51,442 bases of DNA from Methylotenera sp. (lineage in GTDB: Bacteria; Pseudomonadota; Gammaproteobacteria; Burkholderiales; Methylophilaceae): NCBI GenBank assembly GCA_046594825.1, contig JBKJRF010000193.1, positions 1 through 51,442 of the forward strand, written 5' to 3'. Positions 49,081 to 51,442 of this stretch are shown here, one piece after another; position 1 is the first letter of the stretch, and the number at the start of each line of letters is the position of its first letter. The notes beneath the pieces are model-generated. The model did not search any database, was not told where the DNA came from, and was given only the letters and a program-made list of their open reading frames with translations. The translations under genes and the position numbers were made by a program.

Positions 49081-50145
49081 TTGACTATACCTTCTTCCAA
49101 TAACTTATCAGATAGTTCAACATCAATTAGCTACCGTGATGCGGGCGTAGATATGGAAGCTGGCGATGCGCTGGTAGAACAAATTAAACCATTTGCAAAA
49201 CGCACCATGCGCCCAGAAGTACTGGCGGGTATAGGTGGCTTTGGCTCATTGTTTGAAATGCCGAAGAAATTTAAAAATCCAGTGCTAGTGTCTGGCACAG
49301 ATGGTGTGGGTACTAAACTTAAACTAGCCTTTGAACTGAATAAACACGACACAGTAGGCATAGATCTAGTCGCTATGAGTGTGAATGATATTTTGGTACA
49401 AGGTGCAGAACCGTTATTTTTCTTAGATTATTTTGCTTGCGGCAAGTTAGAAGTAGGTACTGCCGCGCAAGTGATTAAGGGTATTGCCGAAGGCTGTGAA
49501 CAGTCTGGCTGTGCATTAGTTGGTGGCGAGACTGCTGAAATGCCAGGTATGTACCCAGCGGGTGAATATGACTTAGCAGGCTTTGCGGTCGGCTGTGTGG
49601 ATAAAGAGGCGATTATCAACGGCACTACTATCGCGTCAGGTGATGTGGTGCTTGGGTTAGCATCTAGTGGTGCACATTCGAATGGTTACTCACTAATTCG
49701 CAAATTGATTGCAAAATCTGGTATTGATTTTGAATCAGACTTTCATGGTAAAAAATTCAAAGATGTCGTCATGGCGCCAACGCGTATTTATGTGAAGCCA
49801 TTACTACAATTAATTGCAGCACTACCAGTAAAAGGGATGGCACATATCACTGGGGGCGGTATTACTGAGAATATTCCACGTGTATTACCAGCAGGTTTAA
49901 CTGCAGAAATTAAAGCCGGTAGTTGGGTTATGCCACCGCTATTTATATGGTTGCAAGCACAAGGCAATGTGCAGACAAGTGAAATGTATAAAACCTTTAA
50001 CTGCGGTATTGGTATGGTAGTGATAGTGGCGAAAGAACACGCCAGCACTGCACAAAAACTGCTACAAGATGCAGGTGAAACAGTATTTGAAATTGGCACA
50101 ATTCGTGTGCAAGAAGTAGATGAAGCGCCAACAGTTGTAGTTTAA
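49081..50145 (+). CDS. purM: Phosphoribosylformylglycinamidine cyclo-ligase (AIR synthase)
   Basis: [37 protein letters not shown] and TFNCGIG; TTG start. Confidence 0.98.
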   Translation: MTIPSSNNLSDSSTSISYRDAGVDMEAGDALVEQIKPFAKRTMRPEVLAGIGGFGSLFEMPKKFKNPVLVSGTDGVGTKLKLAFELNKHDTVGIDLVAMSVNDILVQGAEPLFFLDYFACGKLEVGTAAQVIKGIAEGCEQSGCALVGGETAEMPGMYPAGEYDLAGFAVGCVDKEAIINGTTIASGDVVLGLASSGAHSNGYSLIRKLIAKSGIDFESDFHGKKFKDVVMAPTRIYVKPLLQLIAALPVKGMAHITGGGITENIPRVLPAGLTAEIKAGSWVMPPLFIWLQAQGNVQTSEMYKTFNCGIGMVVIVAKEHASTAQKLLQDAGETVFEIGTIRVQEVDEAPTVVV

Positions 50146-50248
50146 TAATTAAAGTTTTTTAAAGATTGCCGTTTAATTTTTAGTGCATTTGTATCTAAAT
50201 GCCAACTTCATGCGTTAACTACTGATGTGTGTTTATTAAGGAGTTGTT

Positions 50249-50965
50249 GTGTTACGTCACATCAAAGTATTAAGTTTAGCGTTTTGTTTTATGTTTTCCG
50301 CCACCGCATCTGCCCAAGATGCTCTACCTAAGAGGATTCAGGCGAACTATGAAGTCACTAAAAATGGCCAGCCTTTTGCTACTGTAAAAGAGCAATTTAT
50401 TGTTTCAGGCAACGCTTATAAAATTGAAAGTATCACCAAGGGTTTGGGCGTCTATGCCTTGTTTGGTGAGCGTAAGTTAACTAGCGTTGGTGAAGTTACA
50501 ACCGAGGGTTTGAAACCCACTCACTTTGAATTGCTGCAGGGAGATAATGCTAAAAAGGCACTGATTACAGACTTTGATTGGCCAAAAAGTACTTTGCATA
50601 TGCGGGTAAAAGGTAGTGTAAAAGATGCTGCGCTCACCGCGGGCACACAAGACTTAGCGAGTTATGCCTACCAATTCATGTTTTCCCCTGCACCTATGAA
50701 AGACACGGTTACGGTAAACCTGACCACGGGTAAAAAGCTTAATCAGTACCAATATAAGATTAATGCCGAGCAACAGATGCTAGAAGTTGCAGGTACTCAA
50801 TATAAAACTTTACACCTAGTGCCGCCTGAACAAAATAAGCCGCAAACTGAAACTAAAGAACTTTGGTTAAGTGTTGATCATCATTTTGTGCCTGTGCGAA
50901 TTATGATGATTGATGAAAGTGGGCAAAAACTTGAGCAAACCTTAACTGAGCTGCATGTGGAATAG
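50249..50965 (+). CDS. DUF3108-type exported protein
   Basis: GTG start with AAGGAG RBS; signal peptide; FDW, GTQD, TTGKKL and ELWL..PVRI pattern; downstream of purM. Confidence 0.75.
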   Translation: MLRHIKVLSLAFCFMFSATASAQDALPKRIQANYEVTKNGQPFATVKEQFIVSGNAYKIESITKGLGVYALFGERKLTSVGEVTTEGLKPTHFELLQGDNAKKALITDFDWPKSTLHMRVKGSVKDAALTAGTQDLASYAYQFMFSPAPMKDTVTVNLTTGKKLNQYQYKINAEQQMLEVAGTQYKTLHLVPPEQNKPQTETKELWLSVDHHFVPVRIMMIDESGQKLEQTLTELHVE

Positions 50966-51442
50966 CACTATATTGAGGAACTGCAAGCGTATATTACAAG
51001 ACGTTAGCTATCAGCGGCTTGCTATTGCGCTAGCCTTGTCATTTTTACTGCATTTATTTTTTATTGGGAATTTTTATTTTAATCTACCGAACTTAAGCGA
51101 AGGCCGTCAATTGATTGAGGCGCAGCTGGTTTTAAGGAAGCCTGCGTCTCCTCAAGTACCATTATCCAAATCAATACTTGCTCCAGTAAAAACTGAGCCG
51201 ATTGTGAAAAATACTGCAACGGCGAAGCAAGCGCCACCTAAATCTGAACTACCAGCATTAAATACACCAGCAGGATTATCTTCTTACCAACCGACTGAGG
51301 CTATTGAAAATACTAATCAGATTAAACCTTCTGACGTTGAGCCTGCTGTTGAAAACATAATAGAAGAACCAAGTATACCGACCAATCCTGATGCTTATCA
51401 ATATGTAGAAACTACCTTTGATGTGCGTACAGATATTGCAGC
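50955..51442 (+). CDS. Partial CDS: TM anchor plus Pro-rich linker, probably a second DUF3108-type protein
   Basis: Not in the ORF track; open from ATG 50955 to the window end: MWNSTILRN...RLAIALALSFLLHLFFIG...PASPQVP...EPAVENIIEEPSIP...YQYVETTFDV; overlaps the previous gene by 11 nt. Confidence 0.6.
   Translation, partial: MWNSTILRNCKRILQDVSYQRLAIALALSFLLHLFFIGNFYFNLPNLSEGRQLIEAQLVLRKPASPQVPLSKSILAPVKTEPIVKNTATAKQAPPKSELPALNTPAGLSSYQPTEAIENTNQIKPSDVEPAVENIIEEPSIPTNPDAYQYVETTFDVRTDIA

Noticed and set aside
3163-50099. Numerous 60-156 aa ORFs overlapping or antisense to the called genes (e.g. 22876-23346, 38173-38637, 43591-44037)
   Set aside because: They lie within well-supported conserved genes, show no recognisable motifs, and are expected from codon-pattern symmetry.

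Overview
This is a gene-dense, mostly core-chromosome window from a betaproteobacterium. Gene order, protein content and moderate-to-low GC suggest Methylophilaceae (Methylotenera-like); this is inference. It holds about 53 CDSs: ilvA/rpiA/phoU; a 2OG-Fe(II) oxygenase; yggX, dgkA, sodB; dapF-DUF484-xerC; the SAM-cycle cluster metK - SAH riboswitch - ahcY - membrane protein - metF; LysM-dprA-smg; def-fmt-htpX-rsmB-DUF4390-ntrY-ntrX; xthA and prlC; the kdsD-kdsC-lptCAB-rpoN-hpf-hprK-rapZ-EIIA-HPr-EI operon; a CPA2 antiporter with thiO; moaC; bepA-soxY-soxZ; chaA; an FAD oxidoreductase; hda; an AI-2E transporter; purM; and two DUF3108-type genes. I see no rRNA, tRNA, CRISPR array, transposase or prophage. 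The most notable items are (1) an orphan soxYZ pair behind bepA whose SoxY carrier arm ends ENGCS instead of GGCGG, (2) a variant SAH riboswitch whose promoter lies inside a perfect 17-bp inverted repeat, (3) a triplicated gene junction that creates two chained mini-ORFs ahead of ntrY, (4) an NtrX with a degenerate ATPase domain, (5) decayed MITE/REP-like elements, and (6) recurrent 15-18 bp micro-duplications. All calls come from reading the sequence; no searches were run.
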